Assembly: GCF_964194025.1 (NCBI RefSeq)
Contig: NC_134471.1
Coordinates: 16,306,001 to 16,370,000, forward strand
Origin: Convolutriloba macropyga
Lineage: Eukaryota
Reading direction: 5' to 3'
Length of the DNA: 64,000 bases
This document shows positions 1-12,200 of the stretch, piece after piece. The translations under genes were made by a program, and so were the position numbers. Numbering within the stretch: position 1 is the stretch's first letter; each line of letters opens with the position of its first letter. The notes under the pieces were generated by a model. It had not been told where the DNA came from, did not search any database, and worked only from the letters and a program-made list of their open reading frames with translations.

Positions 1-144
1 CACGAATAAACGCACCGGTGGCTTACCATATATCCTGTTGTAAAGCTGATGCGGTCTAGTTTTAGTTTCAAAAGAAAGCAGTCGCAAACTCTGATTCGTT
101 TCACGTCTCTTCAGACGAAACTAAATGTGTTTCAACCATTAGAA

Positions 145-1171
145 CATAGCCGGCAGATTGCCGGAAAACAGCCGCCGTTGACGCGCTAGACGCACATCGG
201 GATTGAAGAAGAAAAACAGAGATAGAAATAGACAAAAAATTTTCCTAAGTTTCAAAAATTGTTCTAATTCAATGTGCAGTTTCAGTTAGATTTTAAACCT
301 TTACTTACTTCGGCTTCTAAACTGACAGGTATTAGGCTTAATACTAATATCAGCTAGCAATCGCTCTAAGTATATCTTAGCACATGAATCTTAGCGGCCC
401 GAGGGATTTAGTGCCCTGACAAGAGGGCGCTTGCGCCCGAGTGCTGGGCACCAGGCCCGAGGGGGGCTAAGATTCATGTGCTAACTTATTTAGAGAAGCA
501 AAGGGTACAAAAGGGGTTAAACATTAATTAAAATTGAAATTAAGAGTACAATTTTCTATTTATTAAACGAGAAGTTTTCGTCGATTTTTCTAATTTTTTC
601 CTGTTTTTCAGCTATTTCAAACAATTTCTGCTCCAAGTGCTTTTGTTTCAGGTTTTGATGGGAAATGACAAAAGTATTAGCGGGTTTGGCCTCACCGCCA
701 AAATTATGTTTCCTTACTGCGAGCGGGCCGCTAAGTTCGGGCCGCAAAACTTAGCATTCCACATTTGCACGTGGTAATTGCACGTGCCTCCAAGTTTTAG
801 CGACCAAAAAAATTGTACGTTCTCTAATTGCTAATTGCACGTTCCTCCAAGTTTTAGCGACCAAAAAATTCGTAAACTCGGTTCTCTAATGAACTTTGAT
901 ATCCTATTTCAAAAAGACTTAATGACCGGGCTTGATCGGTTTATCCCGTTTCTTTTGATTCTGCTCTTTTGACATTGACCGTATTCACTAAATTAGGTAA
1001 TTCAATGCTTAGAAGAAATTAAAATCTATTCCGTTGAAACAGTGAGTGAAGAAGGTCAGAAGTCAAACGTGAAAATTGTGACTTATGTAAAACAGAAAAG
1101 GTGATCAAAATTTAAAGCGAAAAAAAGAGCGCCTAAATAATAGCCGTTTGAGAGGCTGACGGCGGCTATTA
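145..1171 (-). mobile_element. Non-autonomous Helentron-type element (HINE), family A
   Basis: 3' end on + reads AA|CATAG-CCGGCAGATTGCCGG hairpin, then subTIR AACAGCCGCCG. 5' end is the hairpin AATAGCCGT...ACGGCGGCTATT|AA. A/T-tract flanks, no TSD. Confidence 0.75.
377..484. repeat. GC-rich hairpin with perfect 19-bp arms
   Basis: TTAGCACATGAATCTTAGC (377-395) and GCTAAGATTCATGTGCTAA (466-484). Confidence 0.8.
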
Positions 1172-2285
1172 AATATTGACGAACAGAAAATTTTTTCACT
1201 GTGAATACATTCTCAATGATTAGCTACTAATTATAAATTGAAAGCCAACGCTATGTTTTAAAACTCAAATGATGAATATAAATGAAGGAAGGGTTCTGAG
1301 CAAAAACGGCTTTCAGGAAAGCAGAAGGCGAAAAAAATACGCTATAAAATTATTTCGGGTGAAGTTTTTCCGCTCAGTATAAAATCCGAAATACTCGAAG
1401 TTTAATGTCAAACTTATAAAAACCACAATCGTCTCCAAGAATATTAAACATTACCTTTGAGATTTCTTGCGAGAAAATAGTGAAAACATAGCTGGCAGAT
1501 TGCCATAAAATATCCGCGACTGCTTTGTAGACATACAGTCTCCAAACACCAACCAAAATGACCAAAAATTGAGAACTCTCCTTTCTCTTCGTCGTAGTGG
1601 TGTGATATCTTGTCCTGATTTAGGCATATGAATTGCTTGTAAAACTGCAGCCCAATTAAAATGAGAGATTCAAAATTGGAGATATCCTCGGCTGATGCAA
1701 TATAAATACCCATTCAAAAAACCAAAGATAGTTTTTTTCAATGCTCATTAAATACGACTCTTTCATTGAGTCTCAAAAAGCTTGGAGTAACCTTTTGTGA
1801 CTTTAAGTGACCTTATTAGTGTTAGCGAGTCATTTTAAGGCAAGTCTTATGATTTTGTTTTTAAAAGTCAGAATCGAAACGCCTCGAAAGTGGAATATGT
1901 AATTCAAAGGGTTTCAAAAATTCACTGAAGTTCACAAATCTCTTACAACAAACATTTCCAGTACCTATATACATAGTCGGAAGATTCCTAGAAAATAGCT
2001 GCGCTAACAACGTACACCTTCGGTCTTCAAAATATAATGAAGACTGACGAAAAGAAATTTCAATTATTTTCACTAATCGCTGAGCTGACATATAAAGAAA
2101 TTGTATAACAGCTATTAATTGCTGTTAATAGCTGCCCGCGAACAACATTCAATTAGAGTAATACATGCTCAATGACTTTATCTCCTTCAATTAAAGAAAG
2201 CAAGAGTCTCTTTGAGAGACAAAAAAAGTTATTTTTGAGAGTGACGTATATTACATATGACCATTAACTCAATCAAACAAATAAA

Positions 2286-4642
2286 CATACCCGGCAGATT
2301 GCCGGAAAATAGCCGCCGTTGATTCCAATAAGCATGATTGGGATTGAAATAACAGAAGATATTGAAAAAAAAGATTTTTGTACAAAAACATTTTTTAAGT
2401 CCGATTTATTTTGATGGCATTTCGTAGTTAAACATACTTCTGCTTCTTAGAGAGAGGCTACAGGGGCTCCTATCAATAACAATAAGCATTAGAGAGAGGT
2501 AACTAATACTTATAGGACCGACGTTCAAATAGCGGGCATCTAAAATTGGGCTTTATGGGTTTATCCCGTTTCTATTTCTGACTTCAATTTTTTATACTGA
2601 CTCTGTTCATTTTGAATTGCTTTGCTGAGCAACTGATGTTCAAAATCACTTTTAGCAGAATGAGAGAAGAGAGAAACTAGCCTAGAGAAGTCAAAAAGAT
2701 TTCACGCAAAATGTTGAAAAGGCGGCAAAATGAGGTAAAGCGAAACATTTTTTTATTCGACGAAGTAAAAAAAACATAGCAGGACAAGTCCTGAAATACA
2801 ATTCAAAGAATTGAATGAAAAACTCGGACGCACTCTACCTGATCAGCAGATCAATTGAACAATGCCAGCCAGAACACAAAAATCACCAAAGAATTGAGAA
2901 ACTAAAAGAATCAAACTAAACAAAAACAAACTCATTGCTAAAACTCTTGAAGCTTTTAAACCTACGGCAAAACTTTTTCACTTTAAAAACACCTATTACA
3001 AAAATATGTTCAAAACCAATTTTTGTTTCTGAGATCAGTCCAGTATTATATCTGCAATACCTGAAAAATATTCATTGGCCCTTGAAGATCGATTAACTTG
3101 AAAATGACCAAAAAATTTAAGATAAAGAAATCAATTGCAAGTTATAAAATGTTGCTGAAAATTGTGATATAAATATCTTCAGAATCATTTCTGTGTCTCT
3201 AGAGGCTATCCAGTAACCCAATTCCAAGCATTAAAAAATCAGTGGCTCATAGATCGATAGGCAATAAAATTTAGAAAAAATTTCAAACTTCAAAATAGAA
3301 ATTCCTTCTACTAAAATGTTGAAAGCCATTCAATTGCCCCCTAGCAACTATTTAAAAAAATATTATCAAACCCTGGATGCGTTTACCTGGCAACTGAGGC
3401 AAGAAAAAATAAAACAAATATTTAAAACAAAAAAAACTTAAAAAAATTGCAAATTCTATCAAACAATTTCTAAAAGTCGAAAGGTTAAATTGTTGAAAAC
3501 AAATCCATTGAAACTAAAAACCATGCAGTAACTTTTTTTTCAAAACGTGGAATAGGTTTTCTTGCACTTGAGAATCGACGAATATCAAAAACTGACAAAA
3601 AATTTAGGAAACATTAAAAAAATTGCAGATCTTATCAAAAAAATGCTAAAATTCGAGACATTAAAAAGTTAAAAAGCATTCCATTGTTACTAGAAACTAT
3701 GCAGTTCCCTATTAACAAACCTCAACGGTGATTGCCTGGTCCCTGAAACTGGAAAAACTGACAAAATGATGAAAATTTTCAAAGACCTGAAAAAAATGCA
3801 AATTTGTTAAAAAAAAATTGCTAAAATTTGTGATATTCAGAAGTTGAAACTTATTCCATGGCAACTAAAAATTTTTCAGTAACTTATTATCCAACCCCTA
3901 AAATGGGTTTCTTGCCCCTGGGACTCAAACAACTCGAAGGATGACAATAAATATGTCAAAAAACATGAAAAATTTGCAACTTTTGTCAAAAAAATGCTAA
4001 AATTCATGATGTCAAAAAGTTGAAAACCGTTCCATTACCACTCGAAACTGTGCAGTAACCTATCATACAACCCTTTATCAAACCCTATATGAGGTTTCAT
4101 GACACCTAGGGCTAAAAAACTCAAAAAATGACAAAAATTTTCAAAAAACCTGAAAAAAATTGCAAAAATGAGTATCATTTTGTGTGTTTGTGTTTGTAGT
4201 ACCACGACATATAGCTCATAAAATGGTCATAACAAGCAATTTTGTCTCGCAAATGGCCTTCATCAGCTTTTAAAAACTTCAACCTTAGACTAATCAAACA
4301 AAAATCTCAAAAAAATCACAAAAAACACGAAAAATTGCACCATTTTGAGCCGAAAGACTCCTAAAAATGACCTTTTAACCTTTAATTAAGGCCATCCCAG
4401 CAGCTGCACCACTATACGCACTTGCAGGACTACTAAAACCCACTTTGAGCCTCTAATGAAACTTAATGCCCTCTGGGCTTCACCTGTTTATCCCGTTTCG
4501 AAAGATCAAAGTCATTGAAAAACGTGTGAACACATCTTAAAAAAAAAAAAACAGCGCACCAATACAATTCAAATTCTTTGAATTGTAAAAAAAAAATTAG
4601 GAGCGCTATAATAGCCGGCTGAGAAGATGAGGGCGGCTATTA
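2286..4642 (-). mobile_element. HINE family A (duplicate at 5785-8141)
   Basis: CATAC-CCGGCAGATTGCCGG-AAAATAGCCGCC ... AATAGCCGGCTGAGAAGATGAGGGCGGCTATT; subTIR AATAGCCGCC/GGCGGCTATT. Confidence 0.8.
2775..4587 (-). mobile_element. HINE family B, long variant with degenerate ~176-bp internal repeats, nested in family A (duplicate at 6274-8087)
   Basis: CATAG-CAGGACAAGTCCTG hairpin plus subTIR TACAATTCAAAGAATT; other end TACAATTCAAATTCTTTGAATTGTA. Confidence 0.8.
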
Positions 4643-4985
4643 AACAAGCCATTAGAGCTAATTAAAAAATTTTTTCTATCTGCTCGTTTCAGAAGTTTAA
4701 TCGAAGAATTTTTTAAGATCTTGATTATTCGATAAATTTACAAATTAAAAACTAAAAAATCACGTCTTGAAAATGAGCCGTCTCTAACCTTTATACTACC
4801 ATTTTAACAAAAAAGAATGGCCCGTATTACCCTAACTCCAATTAAATTACACAAAACTCCAATTAAATCCGCTCAGTATAAAATCCGAAATACTCGAAGT
4901 TTAATGTCAAACTTATAAAAACCACAATCGTCTCCAAGAATATTAAACATTACCTTTGAGATTTCTTGCGAGAAAATAGTGAAAA

Positions 4986-7900
4986 CATAGCTGGCAGATT
5001 GCCATAAAATATCCGCGACTGCTTTGTAGACATACAGTCTCCAAACACCAACCAAAATGACCAAAAATTGAGATCTCTCCTTTCTCTTCGTCGTAGTGGT
5101 GTGATATCTTGTCCTGATTTAGGCATATGAATTGCTTGTAAAACTGCAGCCCAATTAAAATGAGAGATTCAAAATTGGAGATATCCTCGGCTGATGCAAT
5201 ATAAATACCCATTCAAAAAACCAAAGATAGTTTTTTTCAATGCTCATTAAATACGACTCTTTCATTGAGTCTCAAAAAGCTTGGAGTAACCTTTTGTGAC
5301 TTTAAGTGACCTTATTAGTGTTAGCGAGTCATTTTAAGGCAAGTCTTATGATTTTGTTTTTAAAAGTCAGAATCGAAACGTCTCGAAAGTGGAATATGTA
5401 ATTCAAAGGGTTTCAAAAATTCACTGAAGTTCACAAATCTCTTACAACAAACATTTCCAGTACCTATATACATAGTCGGAAGATTCCTAGAAAATAGCTG
5501 CGCTAACAACGTACACCTTCGGTCTTCAAAATATAATGAAGACTGACGAAAAGAAATTTCAATTCTTTTCACTAATCGCTGAGCTGACATATAAAGAAAT
5601 TGTATAACAGCTATTAATTGCTGTTAATAGCTGCCCGCGAACAACATTCAATTAGAGTAATACATGCTCAATGACTTTATCTCCTTCAATTAAAGAAAGC
5701 AAGAGTCTCTTTGAGAGACAAAAAAAGTTATTTTTGAGAGTGACGTATATTACATATGACCATTAACTCAATCAAACAAATAAACATACCCGGCAGATTG
5801 CCGGAAAATAGCCGCCGTTGATTCCAATAAGCATGATTGGGATTGAAATAACAGAAGATATTGAAAAAAAAGATTTTTGTACAAAAACATTTTTTAAGTC
5901 CGATTTATTTTGATGGCATTTCGTAGTTAAACATACTTCTGCTTCTTAGAGAGAGGCTACAGGGGCTCCTATCAATAACAATAAGCATTAGAGAGAGGTA
6001 ACTAATACTTATAGGACCGACGTTCAAATAGCGGGCATCTAAAATTGGGCTTTATGGGTTTATCCCGTTTCTATTTCTGACTTCAATTTTTTATACTGAC
6101 TCTGTTCATTTTGAATTGCTTTGCTGAGCAACTGATGTTCAAAATCACTTTTAGCAGAATGAGAGAAGAGAGAAACTAGCCTAGAGAAGTCAAAAAGATT
6201 TCACGCAAAATGTTGAAAAGGCGGCAAAATGAGGTAAAGCGAAACATTTTTTTATTCGACGAAGTAAAAAAAACATAGCAGGACAAGTCCTGAAATACAA
6301 TTCAAAGATTTGAATGAAAAACTCGGACGCACTCTACCTGATCAGCAGATCAATTGAACAATGCCAGCCAGAACACAAAAATCACCAAAGAATTGAGAAA
6401 CTAAAAGAATCAAACTAAACAAAAACAAACTCATTGCTAAAACTCTTGAAGCTTTTAAACCTACGGCAAAACTTTTTCACTTTAAAAACACCTATTACAA
6501 AAATATGTTCAAAACCAATTTTTGTTTCTGAGATCAGTCCAGTATTATATCTGCAATACCTGAAAAATATTCATTGGCCCTTGAAGATCGATTAACTTGA
6601 AAATGACCAAAAAATTTAAGATAAAGAAATCAATTGCAAGTTATAAAATGTTGCTGAAAATTGTGATATAAATATCTTCAGAATCATTTCTGTGTCTCTA
6701 GAGGCTATCCAGTAACCCAATTCCAAGCATTAAAAAATCAGTGGCTCATAGATCGATAGGCAATAAAATTTAGAAAAAATTTCAAACTTCAAAATAGAAA
6801 TTCCTTCTACTAAAATGTTGAAAGCCATTCAATTGCCCCCTAGCAACTATTTAAAAAAATATTATCAAACCCTGGATGCGTTTACCTGGCAACTGAGGCA
6901 AGAAAAAATAAAACAAATATTTAAAACAAAAAAACTTAAAAAAATTGCAAATTCTATCAAACAATTTCTAAAAGTCGAAAGGTTAAATTGTTGAAAACAA
7001 ATCCATTGAAACTAAAAACCATGCAGTAACTTTTTTTTTCAAAACGTGGAATAGGTTTTCTTGCACTTGAGAATCGACGAATATCAAAAACTGACAAAAA
7101 CTTTAGGAAACATTAAAAAAATTGCAGATCTTATCAAAAAAATGCTAAAATTCGAGACATTAAAAAGTTAAAAAGCATTCCATTGTTACTAGAAACTATG
7201 CAGTTCCCTATTAACAAACCTCAACGGAGATTGCCTGGTCCCTGAAACTGGAAAAACTGACTAAATGATGAAAATTTTCAAAGACCTGAAAAAAATGCAA
7301 ATTTGTTAAAAAAAAATTGCTAAAATTTGTGATATTCAGAAGTTGAAACTTATTCCATGGCAACTAAAAATTTTTCAGTAACTTATTATCCAACCCCTAA
7401 AATGGGTTTCTTGCCCCTGGGACTCAAACAACTTGAAGGATGACAATAAATATGTCAAAAAACATGAAAAATTTGCAACTTTTGTCAAAAAAATGCTAAA
7501 ATTCATGATGTCAAAAAGTTGAAAACCGTTCCATTACCACTCGAAACTGTGCAGTAACCTATCATACAACCCTTTATCAAACCCTATATGAGGTTTCGTG
7601 ACACCTAGGGCTAAAAAACTCAAAAAATGACAAAAATTTTCAAAAAACCTGAAAAAAATTGCAAAAATGAGTATCATTTTGTGTGTTTGTGTTTGTAGTA
7701 CCACGACATATAGCTCATAAAATGGTCATAACAAGCAATTTTGTCTCGCAAAAGGCATTCATCAGCTTTTAAAAACTTCAACCTTAGACTAATCAAACAA
7801 AAATCTCAAAAAAATCACAAAAAACACGAAAAATTGCACCATTTTGAGCCGAAAGACTCCTAAAAATGACCTTTTAACCTTTAATTAAGGCCATCCCAGC

Positions 7901-8918
7901 AGCTGCACCACTATACGCACTTGCAGGACTACTAAAACCCACTTTGAGCCTCTAATGAAACTTAATGCCCGCTGGGTTTCACCTGTTTATCCCGTTTCGA
8001 AAGATCAAAGTCATTGAAAAACGTGTGAACACATCTTAAAAAAAAAAAACACAGCGCACCAATACAATTCAAATTCTTTGAATTGTAAAAAAAAATTAGG
8101 AGCGCTATAATAGCCGGCTGAGAAGATGAGGGCGGCTATTAAACAAGCCATTAGAGCTAATTAAAAAATTTTTTCTATCTGCTCGTTTCAGCAGTTTAAT
8201 CGAAGAATTTTTTAAGATCTTGATTATTCGATAAATTTACAAATTAAAAACTAAAAACTCACGTCTTGAAAATGAGACGTCTCTAACCTTTATACCACCA
8301 TTTTAACAAAAAAGAATGGCCCGTATTACCCTAACTCCAATTAAATCAGAAAAAAATCAAAACATTTTATACAGCTTCGCATTCATCTTGATAATTGATG
8401 TAATCTATTCCGAAAACCACTGATTTCCAAACAGCCGTGTAGTCTTCGCACCAATTGAAGAGAAAAGTAATGAGGAAATGTATTCAAGAACACGAAAGAC
8501 ATTGCATACTAACAAAAATTGAAATTACCGAAGGTACAGATTGACATCACAAACTCGCATCGCAGTCTTAAATTAAAGAACGCCAACGTCCTAAAATAGA
8601 GAACTAATGTTGCTCAAATAAAAATGCTACTTTAAAAATTCCGCATAAATGACGCTTCGTAGATCTTGGCCGTAGAATTCCAATAAGTTTAATTGTTCAC
8701 GCCAACGGGCTCTTGCTCAGAACAAGTTTAGCAATTTTGTGAATTTTTCCAAAAGACAAAATCAACGAACTAAAAAAACCCTTTGCTTGTTGGGAAAGCA
8801 GCCGCAAACGGAAAGCAGTCGAAAAAACGGCAAAAGTAGGTAAAGTCCACCAAAAAAACTGATGTAGTATAAACAATTAGGAGCGAACTAAAAGCTGGCC
8901 GAGATTACGCAGCTATTA
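4986..8918 (-). mobile_element. HINE hosting nested elements (its 3' part is duplicated from 1487)
   Basis: AAA|CATAGCTGGCAGATTGCCA hairpin plus AATATCCGCG; matching 5' end ...CGCAGCTATT|AA at 8918. Confidence 0.6.
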
Positions 8919-9290
8919 AAAACAGCAAACTAAAATCAAAAAACGATTAAATTTTAAAAACTTATCCACAACTAGCAACCGACAATAGAGTCCCAAATTG
9001 AACGAAAACAAAACAACATTAACATAACCGACCAATGTTGGACGAATGGCTCCCAAGCGACCAGCGGGCGGGCGGATCTATTAAGAACCTTTTCAACAGG
9101 TACCTAAAGGGTTTCAAGTACTTTTATCAGAGCTAAATTTACATTATTTAAAATGTGAAAAATGAGCTCAATTTCGACGCCTTTTCCACTCAAATTTTTA
9201 TAGCCAATTAAGCTACCGACTGAAATATTTGCTAAAAACAGGCAACTGGTCTTGAAATATCGATTTTAGGAAAAAAAATCACGAACTTAC

Positions 9291-12200
9291 CACCAAAAGA
9301 GTTTGGCCGAGTAGGCGACTGCAACTGTGAATAAATCGCACACTTTCAATTCCTTGATTGCTTCGGGTACATGGCAACTGGCGTTCTCCATCACAGGTAT
9401 TGCTCCATGTTCCAATTTTGAACAGTAGCTGGCAACAACTGGATCCATCCAAGTGGCGACCCTGCCGCTCTGTGTCAGAACAGAGCAGCGTAGAGAGCTG
9501 GCTGCAAGGGAGATTATCACTTCACTTTGTAAATCCAAATGAGCAATTCTCGGATGATGCACGTCAGCAATCTGAATTCAAATATGGGCGCTCGTTGATT
9601 CAACAAAAAAATTCAATAAACTACTCGACTTATATCTATTTCAGCTCAGATGAATACTTAAAAGATATCAGGTAGCTTACCGGATAGTAGCCGCAAAATA
9701 GATAGTTGAAACCTGTTATAGGAGCAGACAAATAATCTATCAAAGAAAGTATGCAAAAGTGTAAAGCAGCCCATTGTGTATTTTTTCTTGTGATGAGATA
9801 TTCGAAAAAATTTGTTCCATCACATATAGAACTCTCAAGCAATAGGGCTCTATGTTAGTTGCACTCTATTGAACTGCAATTACAGATGTAATATTAAAAT
9901 AATAATGTTCGAGAGTTCAGAAGTTTTGTTTTGCATTAATTTTAAAAAGATTTGAAATTACGTTTGCGAAATTGCGATAGTTTATTGGAAACAAATTGTG
10001 AAATTGAAACAGAAATGTAAAAAACAAACGATTGAAAAAGGGTGGGCTACATGGGGTAGAAAATGAGACTGTCACCATCAGTTAACTTTTTTTCTGATTT
10101 TTTGTGCGCTTTTCACAATTCAAAGAATTTGGATGGCTGGATACTTCTAGATTGTGTGTTAAATACTTTGGTTATTAATCTGAGTTTTACAGAGAGTTTT
10201 AATTCAGAGGTTTCTCAGCAAGATCTGAAATAGGAAACATAACCCACTAACGTCGCGCGAATTGCACTCAAACGACCGCCCCGCGGTTTGCTTCGTCAGT
10301 AGCTAGCAACAGTTTAGGGAGGCTAGCTTAGGCTTGATTAAAGGGACGGCGAGAGAAAGCGCTGGCGGGGGGTGCATGGGTTGAGTGGTATCGGGGGAAG
10401 TGGGGGAAAGGAAGAGTGTCAAACACTTAAGATTCGCCATTCGCGCAATTAATGTCTCCAGAACAGTTCATCGAATCGCATACATAAACTAATAAGCCGT
10501 AAGGCTCTAAGAAAATTTAATGCCCACCGGGCGTTACCTACATATTCCCTTTTTGAGGACCAAAGTCAAAAGAGTCAGAAAAAAAATTGGTCAAGTGGAA
10601 AATCCCATTGAAGACCACAGGACCAATATAAATGCTAGCTACCTAAACTGTTGCTAGCTACTTCGTCATTAGCTAGCAACAGTTTATGGACGCTAGCTTA
10701 GGATTGATTAAAGGGACGGGGAGTGAAAGCGCTGGGGGGTGCCTGGGTTGAGTGGTATCGGGGGAAGTGGTGGAAAGGAAGAGTGTCAAACACTTAAGAT
10801 TCGCCCTTCACGCAATTAATGTCTCCAGTACAGTTCATCGAATCGCATACATAGACTAATAAGCCGTAAGGCTGTAAGAGAACTTAATGCCCACCGGGCG
10901 TTACCTACCAATTCCGTTTTTGAGGACAAAAAGTCAAAAGAGTCAGACAAAAAACTGGTCAATGGAAAATCCCATTGAAGACCACAGGACCAATATAAAT
11001 GCTAGCTAATTACTGTTGCTAGCTACCTAAACTGTTGCTAGCTACTTCGTCAGTAGCTAGCAATAGTTTAGGGAGGCTAGCTTAGGGTTGATTAAAGGGA
11101 CGGGGAGTGAAAGCGCTGGGGGGGTGCATGGGTTGAGTGGTATCGAGGGAAGTGGGGGAAAGGAAGAGTGTCAAACACTTAAGATTCGCCATTCGTTCAA
11201 TTAATGTCTCCAGAACAGTTCATCGAATCGCATACATAGACTAATAAGCCGTAAGGCTCTAAGAAAATTTAATGCCCACCGGGCGTTACCTACATATTCC
11301 GTTTTTGAGGACGAGAAGTCAGAAGAGTCAGAAAAAAAATTGGTCAAGTGGAAAATCCCATTGAAGACCACAGGACCAATATAAATGCTAGCTACCTAAA
11401 CTGTTGCTAGCTACTTCGTCATTAGCTAGCAACAGTTTATGGACGCTAGCTTAGGATTGATTAAAGGGACGGGGAGTGAAAGCGCTGGGGGGTGCCTGGG
11501 TTGAGTGGTATCGGGGGAAGTGGTGGAAAGGAAGAGTGTCAAACACTTAAGATTCGCCCTTCACGCAATTAATGTCTCCAGTACAGTTCATCGAATCGCA
11601 TACATAGACTAATAAGCCGTAAGGCTGTCAGAGAACTTAATGCCCACCGGGCGTTACCTACCAATTCCGTTTTTGAGGACAAAAAGTCAAAAGAGTCAGA
11701 CAAAAAACTGGTCAATGGAAAATCCCATTGAAGACCACAGGACCAATATAAATGCTAGCTAATTACTGTTGCTAGCTACCTAAACTGTTGCTAGCTACTT
11801 CGTCAGTAGCTAGCAATAGTTTAGGGAGGCTAGCTTAGGCATGATTAAAGGGACGCGGAGTGAAAGCGCTGGGGGGGTGCATGGGTTGAGTGGTATCGGG
11901 GGAAGTGGGGGAAAGGAAGAGGGTCAAACACTTAAGATTCGACCATCACGCAATTAATGTCTCCAGAACAGTTCATCGAATCGCATACATAGACTAATAA
12001 GCCGTAAGGCTCTAAGAAAATTTGATGCCCACCGGGCGTTATCTACATATTCCGTTTTTGAGGACGAAAAGTCAAAAGAGTCAGACAAAAAATTGGTCAA
12101 GTGGAAAATCCCATGGAAGACCACAGGACCAATATAAATGCTAGCTACCTAAACTGTTGCTAGCTACTTCGTCAGTAGCTAGCAACAGTTTATGGACGCT

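Larger units (their letters stand above)
1369..8346. repeat. Near-identical 3499-bp tandem duplication (1369-4847 / 4868-8346)
   Basis: Sequence and ORF track repeat at +3499 with only scattered substitutions; 20-nt junction insert. Confidence 0.95.

Noticed and set aside
1374-5590. Duplicated short ORFs and the 15-19 kb short ORFs as a gene family
   Set aside because: They lie in non-coding HINE interiors and the tandem duplication; no recognisable motifs.
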